DNA of 64,000 nt from Escherichia phage vB_EcoM-101112UKE3-1, in the sequence record MZ234013.1. One strand, written 5' to 3'. A model generated the notes under the pieces. It was given only the letters and a program-made list of their open reading frames with translations. It made no database searches and was not told where the DNA came from. The position numbers and the translations under genes were made by a program. Positions 18,477 to 28,578 of the stretch are shown here, piece by piece. Every line of letters starts with the position of its first letter. Position 1 is the stretch's first letter.

Positions 18477-19327
18477 AGAATTTTAAACTTGACATTAATG
18501 ATGAATTTTTAATAAAGGAATTAGTTGAAAAATTAGCGTTGAGTGAAGAAGACGCCAAGTCTTACATTAATTTTATTTCTATGAATTCAACTGTTAAAAC
18601 TCCAGGTAAAACGGAAGCACACCACGTGCTTCCTAAATCAATATTTCCTGAATATTTAAAATCTACATGGAATTTAGTTAATTTAAGTCATTTTAATCAT
18701 TTTAAAGCACACTTCTTATTAGCAAAAGGTAAAAATGGAAAAATGCTAAATGCTTTAAATAGAATGATGTCAGGAAAAACATATAAAAATTTATCTTTAG
18801 CCGAAGTTGATTTAATAGCTGCTGAATATAGTTTTATAAAACAAGATGTAAGTGACACAATATCAAAAAGGCTTCAACAGTATTATTCAAATCCGCAAAA
18901 TAGAAATGCTGCTAGAGAAAGGGCATTAAAATATTTTTCAGTAGCAAAAAATAGGAAAGATAACAAAGAAAGATTAAATAATTTTAAAACAAAACAAAAA
19001 ATTTCAATGGCTTCAAGGGAATGGTTTAATAACGAAGAAAATAAAATTAAACACCAAAAGGCTGTTCGTGCTGCTTTATCAAAACCTGAATATAAAATAG
19101 CTATATCAAATTCAGTAGCTGCTAGTTGGAAAAATCCGGAGATTAGAAAAGCTCATATAGCGTCTCGACGAAAAGGCTATCATTGGGATAATAAAGATAA
19201 ATTGTATGAATTGTGGATATCATATAATCGTCCTAAACATGTGATGTTTAGAAAAATGTTAGTTAAGAATGGATATCCAATAGAGGCTTCATTACAGGCT
19301 TTAGTTAAAGAATTTTCTTCATTGTGA
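18473..19327 (+). CDS. HNH-family homing-endonuclease-like protein
   Basis: 284 aa, GTG start; HNH core EAHHVLPKS...NLVNLS...HFKAH; basic C-terminal half with repeated NP-x-x-R motifs. Confidence 0.6.
   Translation: MKNFKLDINDEFLIKELVEKLALSEEDAKSYINFISMNSTVKTPGKTEAHHVLPKSIFPEYLKSTWNLVNLSHFNHFKAHFLLAKGKNGKMLNALNRMMSGKTYKNLSLAEVDLIAAEYSFIKQDVSDTISKRLQQYYSNPQNRNAARERALKYFSVAKNRKDNKERLNNFKTKQKISMASREWFNNEENKIKHQKAVRAALSKPEYKIAISNSVAASWKNPEIRKAHIASRRKGYHWDNKDKLYELWISYNRPKHVMFRKMLVKNGYPIEASLQALVKEFSSL
18473..19327 (+). mobile_element. candidate free-standing homing endonuclease gene insertion between 47 and 46
   Basis: HNH ORF flanked by duplicated start segment. Confidence 0.4.
18489..18507. repeat. 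19-bp exact direct repeat copy 2
   Basis: ttgacattaatgatgaatt at 5' end of HNH ORF. Confidence 0.8.
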
Positions 19328-19342
19328 ACAATTGGATACAAA

Positions 19343-21025
19343 ATGAAATCATTTAAACTTAATAGAGTAAAATATAAAAATATAATGTCAGTTGGTCAAA
19401 ATGGAGTTGACATTCAATTAGATAAGGTTCAAAAAACTCTTATTACTGGACGAAATGGCGGTGGTAAGTCTACTATGTTAGAAGCCATCACATTTGGGCT
19501 TTTTGGCAAGCCATTTCGTGATGTAAAGAAAGGTCAATTAATAAACAGCACAAATAAGAAAGAACTTTTAGTTGAACTGTGGATGGAATATGATGAGAAA
19601 AAGTACTATATCAAAAGAGGACAAAAACCGAACGTTTTTGAAATCACCGTTAACGGTACACGTCTTAATGAATCTGCCAGCAGTAAAGATTTCCAAGCAG
19701 AATTTGAACAGCTTATCGGAATGTCATATGCCAGTTTCAAGCAGATTGTTGTCCTTGGTACAGCAGGGTATACCCCTTTCATGGGTTTGTCGACCCCTGC
19801 GCGAAGAAAGCTTGTGGAAGACCTGCTTGAGGTAGGAACATTAGCTGAAATGGATAAGCTTAATAAAGCACTAATACGTGAATTAAACTCACAGAACCAA
19901 GTGCTTGATGTTAAAAAAGATAGTATTATCCAACAAATTAAAATATATAATGATAACGTTGAACGCCAGAAAAAATTGTCTGGTGACAATCTTACTCGTC
20001 TTCAAAATATGTATGATGATTTGGCAAAAGAAGCTAGAACGCTAAAATCGGAAATAGAAGAAGCTAATGAAAGATTAGTTAATATTGTTTTAGATGAAGA
20101 CCCGACTGATGCATTTAATAAAATCGGTCAAGAAGCAGTTTTAATTAAATCAAAAATTGACTCGTATAATAAAGTCATTAATATGTATCACGAAGGTGGA
20201 TTATGTCCAACCTGTTTGTCACAATTAAGTTCCGGTGATAAAGTTGTTTCTAAAATTAAAGATAAAGTTTCTGAATGTACGCATTCGTTTGAACAGCTTT
20301 CAACACACCGTGATAATTTAAAAGTTCTTGCTGATGAATACCGAGATAATATTAAAACCCAGCAGTCGTTGGCAAATGATATTCGCAATAAAAAGCAATC
20401 TCTAATCACGACAGTAGATAAAGCTAAAAAAGTTAAAGCAGCTATAGAAAAAGCATCATCCGAGTTTATTGACCATGCTGATGAAATAGCATTGCTTCAA
20501 GAAGAACTTGATAAAATTGTTAAGACAAAAACTAATTTAGTAATGGAAAAATACCACCGAGGAATTTTGACTGATATGCTCAAAGATTCTGGTATTAAAG
20601 GTGCTATTATTAAAAAGTACATTCCATTATTTAATAAGCAGATTAACCATTATCTTAAAATAATGGAAGCGGATTATGTGTTTACATTAGATGAAGAATT
20701 TAATGAGACAATTAAATCCCGTGGTCGTGAAGATTTTAGTTATGCTTCATTCAGTCAAGGTGAAAAAGCACGAATTGATATTGCTCTTTTATTTACTTGG
20801 CGTGATATTGCTGAAAAAGTTTCAGGTGTTAAAATAAACACACTGATTCTTGATGAAGTTTTTGATTCAGCGACCGACGTTGAAGGTGTAAAAGCTATTT
20901 CAACTATTTTAGATAGTTTAAAAAATACTAATGTTTTTGTTATTTCGCATAGAGACCATGACCCGCAAGCATACGGTCAGCATCTTCAAATGAAGAAAGT
21001 TGGTCGATTTACTGTAATGGTTTAA
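19343..21025 (+). CDS. 46: recombination ATPase gp46 (Rad50/SbcC-like)
   Basis: 560 aa; Walker A GRNGGGKST, central coiled coil with CPTC zinc hook, C-terminal LILDEVFDS. Confidence 0.95.
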   Translation: MKSFKLNRVKYKNIMSVGQNGVDIQLDKVQKTLITGRNGGGKSTMLEAITFGLFGKPFRDVKKGQLINSTNKKELLVELWMEYDEKKYYIKRGQKPNVFEITVNGTRLNESASSKDFQAEFEQLIGMSYASFKQIVVLGTAGYTPFMGLSTPARRKLVEDLLEVGTLAEMDKLNKALIRELNSQNQVLDVKKDSIIQQIKIYNDNVERQKKLSGDNLTRLQNMYDDLAKEARTLKSEIEEANERLVNIVLDEDPTDAFNKIGQEAVLIKSKIDSYNKVINMYHEGGLCPTCLSQLSSGDKVVSKIKDKVSECTHSFEQLSTHRDNLKVLADEYRDNIKTQQSLANDIRNKKQSLITTVDKAKKVKAAIEKASSEFIDHADEIALLQEELDKIVKTKTNLVMEKYHRGILTDMLKDSGIKGAIIKKYIPLFNKQINHYLKIMEADYVFTLDEEFNETIKSRGREDFSYASFSQGEKARIDIALLFTWRDIAEKVSGVKINTLILDEVFDSATDVEGVKAISTILDSLKNTNVFVISHRDHDPQAYGQHLQMKKVGRFTVMV

Positions 21026-21080
21026 TTTATAAGAGATTATGCTTTAATTTATTAGAGTATAATCTCTATGGAGGAAAAAC

Positions 21081-21269
21081 ATGGAATATTCAACCGGACA
21101 GCATCTATTAACTATTCCTGAAATAAAACGATATATTCTGAGAAATAATTTTTCTAATGAAGAGCATATAGTTACTGAATCTATGCTTAGGAATGCATTT
21201 AAAGCAGAATATACAAAAATAATGTCCAATAGAAATGAAGCTTGGACTGTTACTGATTATTATGACTAA
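21081..21269 (+). CDS. hypothetical protein (62 aa)
   Basis: ORF track. Confidence 0.4.
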   Translation: MEYSTGQHLLTIPEIKRYILRNNFSNEEHIVTESMLRNAFKAEYTKIMSNRNEAWTVTDYYD

Positions 21270-21278
21270 AGGTGTATT

Positions 21279-21668
21279 ATGACTAAAATTACTGTGAATT
21301 ATACTGTTGATGTAAAAGATATTCAGCCAAAACACGTGCGTTCTGAATCAAATCCACAAAACCAAAATAAAATTCGTCGAGCATGGGTTTTGTCTCTTTC
21401 TGATAACGCAATGGAAGTTATTCAGAACAAAATTAAATCTGCACCTGCTCGTCATGCGTATTATGAAGCTATCGATCGTGAAGTAAGTAATAAATGGATT
21501 GAACTAATGCGCAAACATACTACAGAATCCCTAAACGCCGGTGCTAAATTTATTATGACTTCATGTGGTGAACGCCTTGAAGATGAATATTGCGGCAATG
21601 CAGATGAACGTCTGATTGTTGCTGCTCAAATTGTTGCCGAAACAATCGCAGCTGATTTTAATCGTTAA
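21279..21668 (+). CDS. rpbA: RNA polymerase-binding protein RpbA
   Basis: 129 aa; size and position between 46 and 45 as in T4. Confidence 0.8.
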   Translation: MTKITVNYTVDVKDIQPKHVRSESNPQNQNKIRRAWVLSLSDNAMEVIQNKIKSAPARHAYYEAIDREVSNKWIELMRKHTTESLNAGAKFIMTSCGERLEDEYCGNADERLIVAAQIVAETIAADFNR

Positions 21669-21692
21669 TTGCTTTATTTAATTAGTTATAAA
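21669..21692 (+). promoter_or_regulatory. candidate MotA-dependent middle promoter for gene 45
   Basis: TTGCTTTA at 21669-21676, 10-bp gap, TATAAA at 21687-21692. Confidence 0.4.
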
Positions 21693-21723
21693 ATTAAATC
21701 TCATTTGAATTGAAGGAAATTAC

Positions 21724-22410
21724 ATGAAACTGTCTAAAGATACTACTGCTCTGCTTAAAAATTTCGCTACTATTAACTCTGGCATTATGCTTAAATCCGG
21801 TCAATTTATTATGACTCGTGCAGTTAATGGTACAACTTATGCGGAAGCAAATATTTCTGACGTTATTGATTTTGATGTAGCAATTTACGATTTGAACGGT
21901 TTTCTCGGTATTCTGTCTCTAGTTAATGATGACGCAGAAATTTCCCAGTCAGAAGATGGAAATATTAAAATTGCTGATGCTCGTTCAACAATTTTTTGGC
22001 CAGCAGCCGATCCGAGTACAGTAGTTGCTCCTAATAAACCAATTCCATTCCCGGTAGCATCTGTTGTTACTGAAATTAAAGCTGAAGACCTTCAACAACT
22101 GTTGCGTGTATCTCGTGGTCTGCAAATTGATACAATTGCTATCACAGTAAAAGAAGGTAAAATCGTAATTAACGGTTTTAATAAAGTAGAAGATTCTGCT
22201 TTGACTCGTGTTAAATATTCTTTGACTCTTGGTGATTATGATGGTGAAAACACATTTAATTTCATTATCAATATGGCAAATATGAAAATGCAACCAGGAA
22301 ATTATAAACTTCTGCTCTGGGCAAAAGGTAAACAAGGTGCTGCTAAATTTGAAGGTGAACATGCGAATTATGTAGTAGCTCTTGAAGCTGATTCTACCCA
22401 TGATTTTTAA
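21724..22410 (+). CDS. 45: sliding clamp gp45
   Basis: 228 aa; size and sequence match recalled T4 gp45. Confidence 0.95.
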   Translation: MKLSKDTTALLKNFATINSGIMLKSGQFIMTRAVNGTTYAEANISDVIDFDVAIYDLNGFLGILSLVNDDAEISQSEDGNIKIADARSTIFWPAADPSTVVAPNKPIPFPVASVVTEIKAEDLQQLLRVSRGLQIDTIAITVKEGKIVINGFNKVEDSALTRVKYSLTLGDYDGENTFNFIINMANMKMQPGNYKLLLWAKGKQGAAKFEGEHANYVVALEADSTHDF

Positions 22411-22412
22411 TA

Positions 22413-22430
22413 GAGGGCTTCGGCCCTTTA
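22413..22430 (+). terminator. stem-loop (GGGC-UUCG-GCCC) after gene 45
   Basis: GAGGGCTTCGGCCCTTTATAA. Confidence 0.55.
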
Positions 22431-22461
22431 TAATTTACACTAAAACTTGAATGAGGAAATT

Positions 22462-23421
22462 ATGATTACCGTAAATGAAAAAGAACACATTCTTGAACAG
22501 AAATATCGTCCATCTACTATCGATGAATGTATTCTTCCCGCCTTTGATAAAGAAACCTTTAAATCTATTACAAGTAAAGGTAAGATTCCACATATTATTC
22601 TTCATTCTCCTTCTCCAGGAACAGGTAAAACAACTGTAGCAAAAGCATTGTGTCATGATGTAAATGCTGATATGATGTTTGTGAATGGTTCAGATTGTAA
22701 AATTGATTTCGTTCGTGGTCCTTTGACTAATTTTGCCAGCGCCGCTTCATTTGATGGTCGTCAAAAAGTAATCGTTATTGATGAATTTGACCGTTCAGGT
22801 TTAGCAGAATCTCAGCGACATCTTCGTTCCTTTATGGAAGCTTATAGTTCAAACTGTAGTATTATTATTACTGCTAACAATATTGATGGTATTATTAAAC
22901 CACTTCAGTCACGCTGCCGAGTTATTACGTTCGGTCAACCGACCGATGAAGATAAAATTGAAATGATGAAGCAGATGATTCGTCGATTGACTGAAATCTG
23001 TAAGCATGAAGGAATTGCTATAGCTGATATGAAAGTTGTAGCAGCTTTGGTTAAAAAGAATTTTCCTGATTTTCGTAAAACTATTGGCGAGCTCGATAGT
23101 TATTCATCTAAAGGTGTTTTGGATGCTGGTATTTTATCACTGGTTACTAACGATCGTGGTGCTATTGATGATGTTCTTGAGTCTCTCAAAAATAAAGATG
23201 TTAAACAACTCAGAGCTTTAGCACCAAAATATGCAGCTGATTATTCGTGGTTCGTTGGTAAACTTGCCGAAGAAATCTATTCACGTGTAACTCCGCAGAG
23301 TATTATTCGTATGTACGAAATTGTAGGCGAAAATAATCAGTATCATGGTATTGCAGCTAATACTGAATTGCATTTAGCTTATCTTTTCATTCAATTAGCA
23401 TGCGAAATGCAGTGGAAGTGA
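22462..23421 (+). CDS. 44: clamp loader large subunit gp44 (AAA+)
   Basis: 319 aa from ATG 22462 (GAGGAAATT upstream); Walker [11 protein letters not shown]. Confidence 0.95.
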
Positions 23422-23422
23422 T

Positions 23423-23986
23423 ATGAGCTTATTTGAAGATGATATTCAATTAAACGAGCATCAAGTTGCTTGGTATTCAAAAGATTGGACAGCTGTCCAA
23501 TCCGCTGCTGATTCTTTTAAAGAAAAAGCTGAAAATGAATTTTTTGAAATAATTGGAGCTATTAATAATAAAACTAAATGCTCTATTGCTCAAAAAGATT
23601 ATTCAAAATTCATGGTTGAAAATGCATTATCACAATTTCCAGAGTGCATGCCAGCTGTATATGCTATGAATTTAATCGGTTCTGGATTAAGTGATGAAGC
23701 TCATTTTAATTATCTAATGGCTGCAGTTCCTCGTGGTAAAAGATATGGTAAATGGGCAAAACTGGTTGAAGATTCCACCGAAGTATTGATTATTAAGTTA
23801 CTTGCTAAGCGGTATCAAGTTAATACAAATGATGCAATTAACTATAAATCAATTCTTACTAAAAATGGAAAACTACCTTTAGTATTAAAAGAACTTAAAG
23901 GATTAGTCACGGATGATTTTTTGAAAGAAGTGACTAAGAACGTAAAAGAACAGAAACAACTCAAAAAACTAGCATTGGAATGGTAA
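23423..23986 (+). CDS. 62: clamp loader small subunit gp62
   Basis: 187 aa; immediately follows 44. Confidence 0.9.
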   Translation: MSLFEDDIQLNEHQVAWYSKDWTAVQSAADSFKEKAENEFFEIIGAINNKTKCSIAQKDYSKFMVENALSQFPECMPAVYAMNLIGSGLSDEAHFNYLMAAVPRGKRYGKWAKLVEDSTEVLIIKLLAKRYQVNTNDAINYKSILTKNGKLPLVLKELKGLVTDDFLKEVTKNVKEQKQLKKLALEW

Positions 23987-23987
23987 A

Positions 23988-24356
23988 ATGATTGAAATTA
24001 CTCTTAAAAAACCTGAAGATTTTCTGAAAGTAAAAGAAACTTTGACTCGTATGGGAATTGCTAATAATAAAGATAAAGTTCTGTATCAGTCCTGTCATAT
24101 TCTTCAGAAAAAAGGACTATACTATATCGTTCATTTTAAAGAAATGCTTCGTATGGATGGTCGCCAGGTTGAAATGACAGAAGAAGATGAAGTTCGTCGT
24201 GATTCGATTGCATGGCTATTAGAAGATTGGGGACTGATTGAAATCGTTCCTGGTCAAAGAACTTTTATGAAAGATTTAACTAATAACTTCCGAGTTATTT
24301 CTTTTAAACAAAAACATGAATGGAAACTCGTTCCTAAATATACGATTGGTAATTAA
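23988..24356 (+). CDS. regA: translational repressor RegA
   Basis: 122 aa; position between 62 and 43. Confidence 0.9.
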   Translation: MIEITLKKPEDFLKVKETLTRMGIANNKDKVLYQSCHILQKKGLYYIVHFKEMLRMDGRQVEMTEEDEVRRDSIAWLLEDWGLIEIVPGQRTFMKDLTNNFRVISFKQKHEWKLVPKYTIGN

Positions 24357-24357
24357 T

Positions 24358-24579
24358 ATGACTGCTATAACTCCGCAAGAATACATGGCGTCTCTTAAAG
24401 AAAAATATAATCTTTCTGCAACAGAAACACTTTTCGATTTACCAGAAAACCTTCAACTAAAATTTCAGGTAGAATTTCAAAAATTAGTTCACCCAGAACA
24501 AAAACACTTTACTGCAGTCGTTAAGTCAATTAATGCAGATGGATTGACAATTTTCACCCGACAAATAGTACTAATTTAA
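24358..24579 (+). CDS. hypothetical protein (73 aa)
   Basis: ATG 24358 two nt after regA stop. Confidence 0.4.
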   Translation: MTAITPQEYMASLKEKYNLSATETLFDLPENLQLKFQVEFQKLVHPEQKHFTAVVKSINADGLTIFTRQIVLI

Positions 24580-24582
24580 GCA

Positions 24583-24604
24583 AGGGGCTTCGGCCCCTTA
24601 TTTG
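24583..24604 (+). terminator. intrinsic terminator upstream of gene 43
   Basis: AGGGGC-TTCG-GCCCCT followed by TATTTGG. Confidence 0.6.
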
Positions 24605-24657
24605 GAGTATAATATATCAAGAGCCTAATAACTCGGGCTATAAACTAAGGAATATCT

Positions 24658-27354
24658 ATGAAAGAATTTTATATCTCTATCGAAACAGTCGGAAATAACA
24701 TTGTTGAACGTTATATTGATGAAAATGGAAAGGAACGTACTCGCGAAGTAGAATATCTTCCAACTATGTTTAGACATTGTAAGGAAGAGTCAAAGTACAA
24801 AGACATCTATGGTAAAAATTGCGCTCCTCAAAAATTTCCATCAATGAAAGATGCTCGAGATTGGATGAAGCGAATGGAAGACATCGGTCTCGAAGCTCTT
24901 GGTATGAACGATTTTAAACTCGCTTATATCAGTGATACGTATGGTTCAGAAATTGTTTATGACCGAAAATTTGTTCGTGTAGCTAACTGTGACATTGAGG
25001 TTACTGGTGATAAATTTCCTGATCCAATGAAAGCTGAATATGAAATTGATGCTATCACTCATTATGATTCAATTGATGATCGTTTTTATGTTTTCGACCT
25101 TTTGAATTCAATGTACGGTTCAGTATCAAAATGGGATGCAAAGTTAGCTGCTAAGCTTGACTGTGAAGGTGGTGATGAAGTTCCTCAAGAAATTCTTGAC
25201 CGAGTAATTTATATGCCATTCGATAATGAGCGTGATATGCTCATGGAATATATCAATCTCTGGGAACAGAAACGACCTGCTATTTTTACTGGTTGGAATA
25301 TTGAGGGATTTGACGTTCCGTATATCATGAATCGTGTTAAAATGGTTCTCGGTGAACGTAGTATGAAACGCTTCTCTCCAATCGGTCGAGTAAAATCTAA
25401 ACTAATTCAAAATATGTACGGTAGCAAAGAAATTTATTCTATTGATGGCGTATCTATTCTTGATTATTTAGATTTGTACAAGAAATTCGCTTTTACTAAT
25501 TTGCCGTCATTCTCTTTGGAATCAGTTGCTCAACATGAAACCAAAAAAGGTAAATTACCGTATGATGGTCCTATTAATAAACTTCGTGAGACTAATCATC
25601 AACGATACATTAGTTATAACATCATTGACGTAGAATCAGTTCAAGCAATTGATAAAATTCGCGGGTTTATCGATCTAGTTTTAAGTATGTCTTATTATGC
25701 TAAAATGCCTTTTTCTGGTGTAATGAGTCCTATTAAAACTTGGGATGCTATTATTTTTAACTCATTGAAAGGTGAACATAAGGTTATTCCTCAACAGGGT
25801 TCGCACGTTAAACAGAGTTTTCCGGGTGCATTCGTATTTGAACCTAAACCAATTGCTCGTCGATATATTATGAGTTTTGACTTGACGTCTCTGTATCCGA
25901 GCATTATTCGTCAGGTTAACATTAGTCCTGAGACTATTCGTGGTCAGTTTAAAGTTCATCCAATTCATGAATATATTGCAGGAACAGCTCCTAAACCGAG
26001 TGATGAATATTCTTGTTCTCCGAATGGATGGATGTATGATAAGCATCAAGAAGGTATCATTCCAAAGGAAATCGCTAAAGTATTTTTCCAGCGTAAAGAC
26101 TGGAAAAAGAAAATGTTCGCTGAAGAAATGAATGCCGAAGCTATTAAAAAGATTATTATGAAAGGCGCAGGGTCTTGTTCAACTAAACCAGAAGTTGAAC
26201 GATATGTTAAGTTCAGTGATGATTTCTTAAATGAACTGTCGAATTATACTGAATCTGTTCTCAATAGTCTGATTGAGGAATGTGAAAAAGCTGCTACACT
26301 TGCTAATACAAATCAGCTGAACCGTAAAATTCTTATTAACAGTCTTTATGGTGCTCTTGGTAATATTCATTTCCGTTACTATGATTTGCGAAATGCTACT
26401 GCTATCACAATTTTCGGCCAAGTTGGTATTCAGTGGATTGCTCGTAAAATTAATGAGTATCTGAATAAAGTATGTGGAACTAATGGCGAAGATTTCATCG
26501 CAGCAGGTGATACTGATTCGGTATATGTTTGTGTAGATAAAGTTATTGAAAAAGTTGGTCTTGACCGATTCAAAGAGCAGAACGATTTGGTTGAATTTAT
26601 GAATCAGTTCGGTAAGAAAAAGATGGAACCTATGATTGATGTTGCATATCGTGAGTTATGTGATTATATGAATAACCGCGAGCATCTGATGCATATGGAC
26701 CGTGAAGCTATTTCTTGCCCTCCACTTGGTTCAAAGGGTATTGGTGGATTTTGGAAAGCGAAAAAGCGTTATGCTCTGAACGTTTATGATATGGAAGATA
26801 AACGATTTGCTGAACCGCATCTAAAAATCATGGGTATGGAAACTCAGCAGAGTTCAACGCCTAAAGCGGTCCAAGAAGCTCTCGAAGAAAGTATTCGTCG
26901 TATTCTTCAGGAAGGTGAAGAGTCTGTCCAAGAATATTACAAAAACTTCGAGAAAGAATATCGTCAACTTGACTATAAAGTTATTGCTGAAGTAAAAACT
27001 GCGAACGATATAGCGAAATATGATGATAAAGGTTGGCCAGGATTTAAATGCCCGTTCCATATTCGTGGGGTGCTAACTTATCGTCGAGCTGTTAACGGTT
27101 TAGGTGTAGCTCCAATTTTGGATGGAAATAAGGTAATGGTTCTTCCATTACGTGAGGGAAATCCATTTGGTGACAAGTGCATTGCTTGGCCGTCGGGCAC
27201 AGAACTTCCAAAAGAAATTCGTTCTGACGTACTGTCTTGGATTGACTACTCAACTTTGTTCCAAAAATCGTTTGTTAAACCGCTTGCAGGCATGTGTGAA
27301 TCGGCTGGTATGGACTATGAAGAAAAAGCTTCGTTAGACTTCCTGTTTGGCTGA
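24658..27354 (+). CDS. 43: DNA polymerase gp43 (family B)
   Basis: 898 aa; exonuclease motif CDIEVTG, polymerase motifs FDLTSLYPSII and AAGDTDSVYV. Confidence 0.97.
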   Translation: MKEFYISIETVGNNIVERYIDENGKERTREVEYLPTMFRHCKEESKYKDIYGKNCAPQKFPSMKDARDWMKRMEDIGLEALGMNDFKLAYISDTYGSEIVYDRKFVRVANCDIEVTGDKFPDPMKAEYEIDAITHYDSIDDRFYVFDLLNSMYGSVSKWDAKLAAKLDCEGGDEVPQEILDRVIYMPFDNERDMLMEYINLWEQKRPAIFTGWNIEGFDVPYIMNRVKMVLGERSMKRFSPIGRVKSKLIQNMYGSKEIYSIDGVSILDYLDLYKKFAFTNLPSFSLESVAQHETKKGKLPYDGPINKLRETNHQRYISYNIIDVESVQAIDKIRGFIDLVLSMSYYAKMPFSGVMSPIKTWDAIIFNSLKGEHKVIPQQGSHVKQSFPGAFVFEPKPIARRYIMSFDLTSLYPSIIRQVNISPETIRGQFKVHPIHEYIAGTAPKPSDEYSCSPNGWMYDKHQEGIIPKEIAKVFFQRKDWKKKMFAEEMNAEAIKKIIMKGAGSCSTKPEVERYVKFSDDFLNELSNYTESVLNSLIEECEKAATLANTNQLNRKILINSLYGALGNIHFRYYDLRNATAITIFGQVGIQWIARKINEYLNKVCGTNGEDFIAAGDTDSVYVCVDKVIEKVGLDRFKEQNDLVEFMNQFGKKKMEPMIDVAYRELCDYMNNREHLMHMDREAISCPPLGSKGIGGFWKAKKRYALNVYDMEDKRFAEPHLKIMGMETQQSSTPKAVQEALEESIRRILQEGEESVQEYYKNFEKEYRQLDYKVIAEVKTANDIAKYDDKGWPGFKCPFHIRGVLTYRRAVNGLGVAPILDGNKVMVLPLREGNPFGDKCIAWPSGTELPKEIRSDVLSWIDYSTLFQKSFVKPLAGMCESAGMDYEEKASLDFLFG

Positions 27355-27366
27355 TAGAATAAATCT

Positions 27367-27388
27367 AGGGACCTCCGGGTCCCTTTTT
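27367..27388 (+). terminator. intrinsic terminator after gene 43
   Basis: AGGGACC-TCCG-GGTCCCT followed by TTTTT. Confidence 0.8.
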
Positions 27389-27471
27389 CATACAAGTAAT
27401 ATAAATCTATACTTATGAAAAAACAGATGATTCTGGACCTTTAGAATTCCCTAAAAAATTTTCACAAAACT

Positions 27472-27501
27472 GTTTACAAGACTGTTCTTCCATGGTACTA
27501 T
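27472..27501 (+). promoter_or_regulatory. T4 early-type promoter (cassette family with 1377 and 55797)
   Basis: AT-rich TTTTCACAAAAC upstream, GTTTAC 27472-27477, TACTAT 27496-27501. Confidence 0.65.
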
Positions 27502-27538
27502 ACAACTATCAACTACTGATACAGATTTGGAGAATAAA

Positions 27539-27775
27539 ATGAAAATTGTTATGGGATGCTTAGCAGTTTGTTTAGTTGCATTAGCAGCAGTTCCATTTGT
27601 TAGTGTTGAAAATGATACTCAACCTGTGATTGAATCTAGCACCATTATTCACACTAATGGTAAAATATCAGTTAAAATTGATGATAATCTTCATGTGAAT
27701 ACAAATGGATCTTTAGGTGTGCAAATGGGTAATATCTGCATAAGCACTACTGGAGTAATTACTACTTGCATTTGA
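27539..27775 (+). CDS. small secreted/membrane protein (78 aa)
   Basis: ATG 27539 after GGAGA; N-terminal signal-like segment MKIVMGCLAVCLVALAAVPFVSV. Confidence 0.45.
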   Translation: MKIVMGCLAVCLVALAAVPFVSVENDTQPVIESSTIIHTNGKISVKIDDNLHVNTNGSLGVQMGNICISTTGVITTCI

Positions 27776-27785
27776 GGAAATTATT

Positions 27786-28166
27786 ATGAAAATCGCTATT
27801 TTGGTTATTGCATTAGGTCTTACTGGTTGTGTAGATCAAGGACCGGTAGTAAATCAGTCTGATGCAGGAAAAATTGTAAACTGTTCAAGCAAGTTTTATA
27901 ATCCTAATGTCAAGTGTTATAAAGAAGCTCCAAAGCAAACAGTCGAACAAATGCAGGCGAATTTTGACGAAGCTATTCGTCCAGATGAATCTGCTCAAGC
28001 ATATCGTAATTCGGATGTAATTACACGCGAAGAAAAAATTGAAAACTACTGCGCCGAGCTTTGGGCTAATTGGGCTAATAATTACCAATGGCGTACTGAT
28101 AAAAATGCTCCGATGGAGTATGTAGTGAATTCTTATAATTCATGTGTAAAAAATTTGACTAAGTGA
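27786..28166 (+). CDS. putative lipoprotein (126 aa)
   Basis: Signal peptide with lipobox-like LTGC (MKIAILVIALGLTGCVDQ). Confidence 0.5.
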   Translation: MKIAILVIALGLTGCVDQGPVVNQSDAGKIVNCSSKFYNPNVKCYKEAPKQTVEQMQANFDEAIRPDESAQAYRNSDVITREEKIENYCAELWANWANNYQWRTDKNAPMEYVVNSYNSCVKNLTK

Positions 28167-28173
28167 GGAAAAC

Positions 28174-28425
28174 ATGGAAACTTTAGTAGCAGGTTCAATT
28201 TTTATGGTTTTAGTTTCAGGTGTGTTGGCTATTATTATATACATGCTTCCATGGTTTATCGCCTTGATGCGTGGGTCAAAATCGACAGTAGGAATCTTTT
28301 TCACATCTTTACTGTTTAATTGGTCAATTATTGGTTGGTTTATTACATTCATTTGGTCAATTGCGGGTGAAACCAAAAAGTCTGCACATCCAAATCAGGT
28401 AATTATCATCAGAGAGAAAGAATGA
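28174..28425 (+). CDS. imm: superinfection immunity protein Imm
   Basis: 83 aa, two hydrophobic helices; size, sequence and position upstream of gene 42. Confidence 0.85.
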   Translation: METLVAGSIFMVLVSGVLAIIIYMLPWFIALMRGSKSTVGIFFTSLLFNWSIIGWFITFIWSIAGETKKSAHPNQVIIIREKE

Positions 28426-28571
28426 AAAGCAAAATTATAGCAGTGTTGCTTTTAATCTTGATGGTTATAATAAGTATATACTATAGTGTAACGGTTCCTC
28501 TTATGATTCCAACTATTATTTTAGGTTGGGGTTTATTACTGTTACAAGTTAAATATGAATGTATCAATTGA
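28422..28571 (+). CDS. small membrane protein (49 aa)
   Basis: ATG 28422 overlapping imm stop; hydrophobic. Confidence 0.35.
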   Translation: MKSKIIAVLLLILMVIISIYYSVTVPLMIPTIILGWGLLLLQVKYECIN

Positions 28572-28578
28572 GGTTTAA

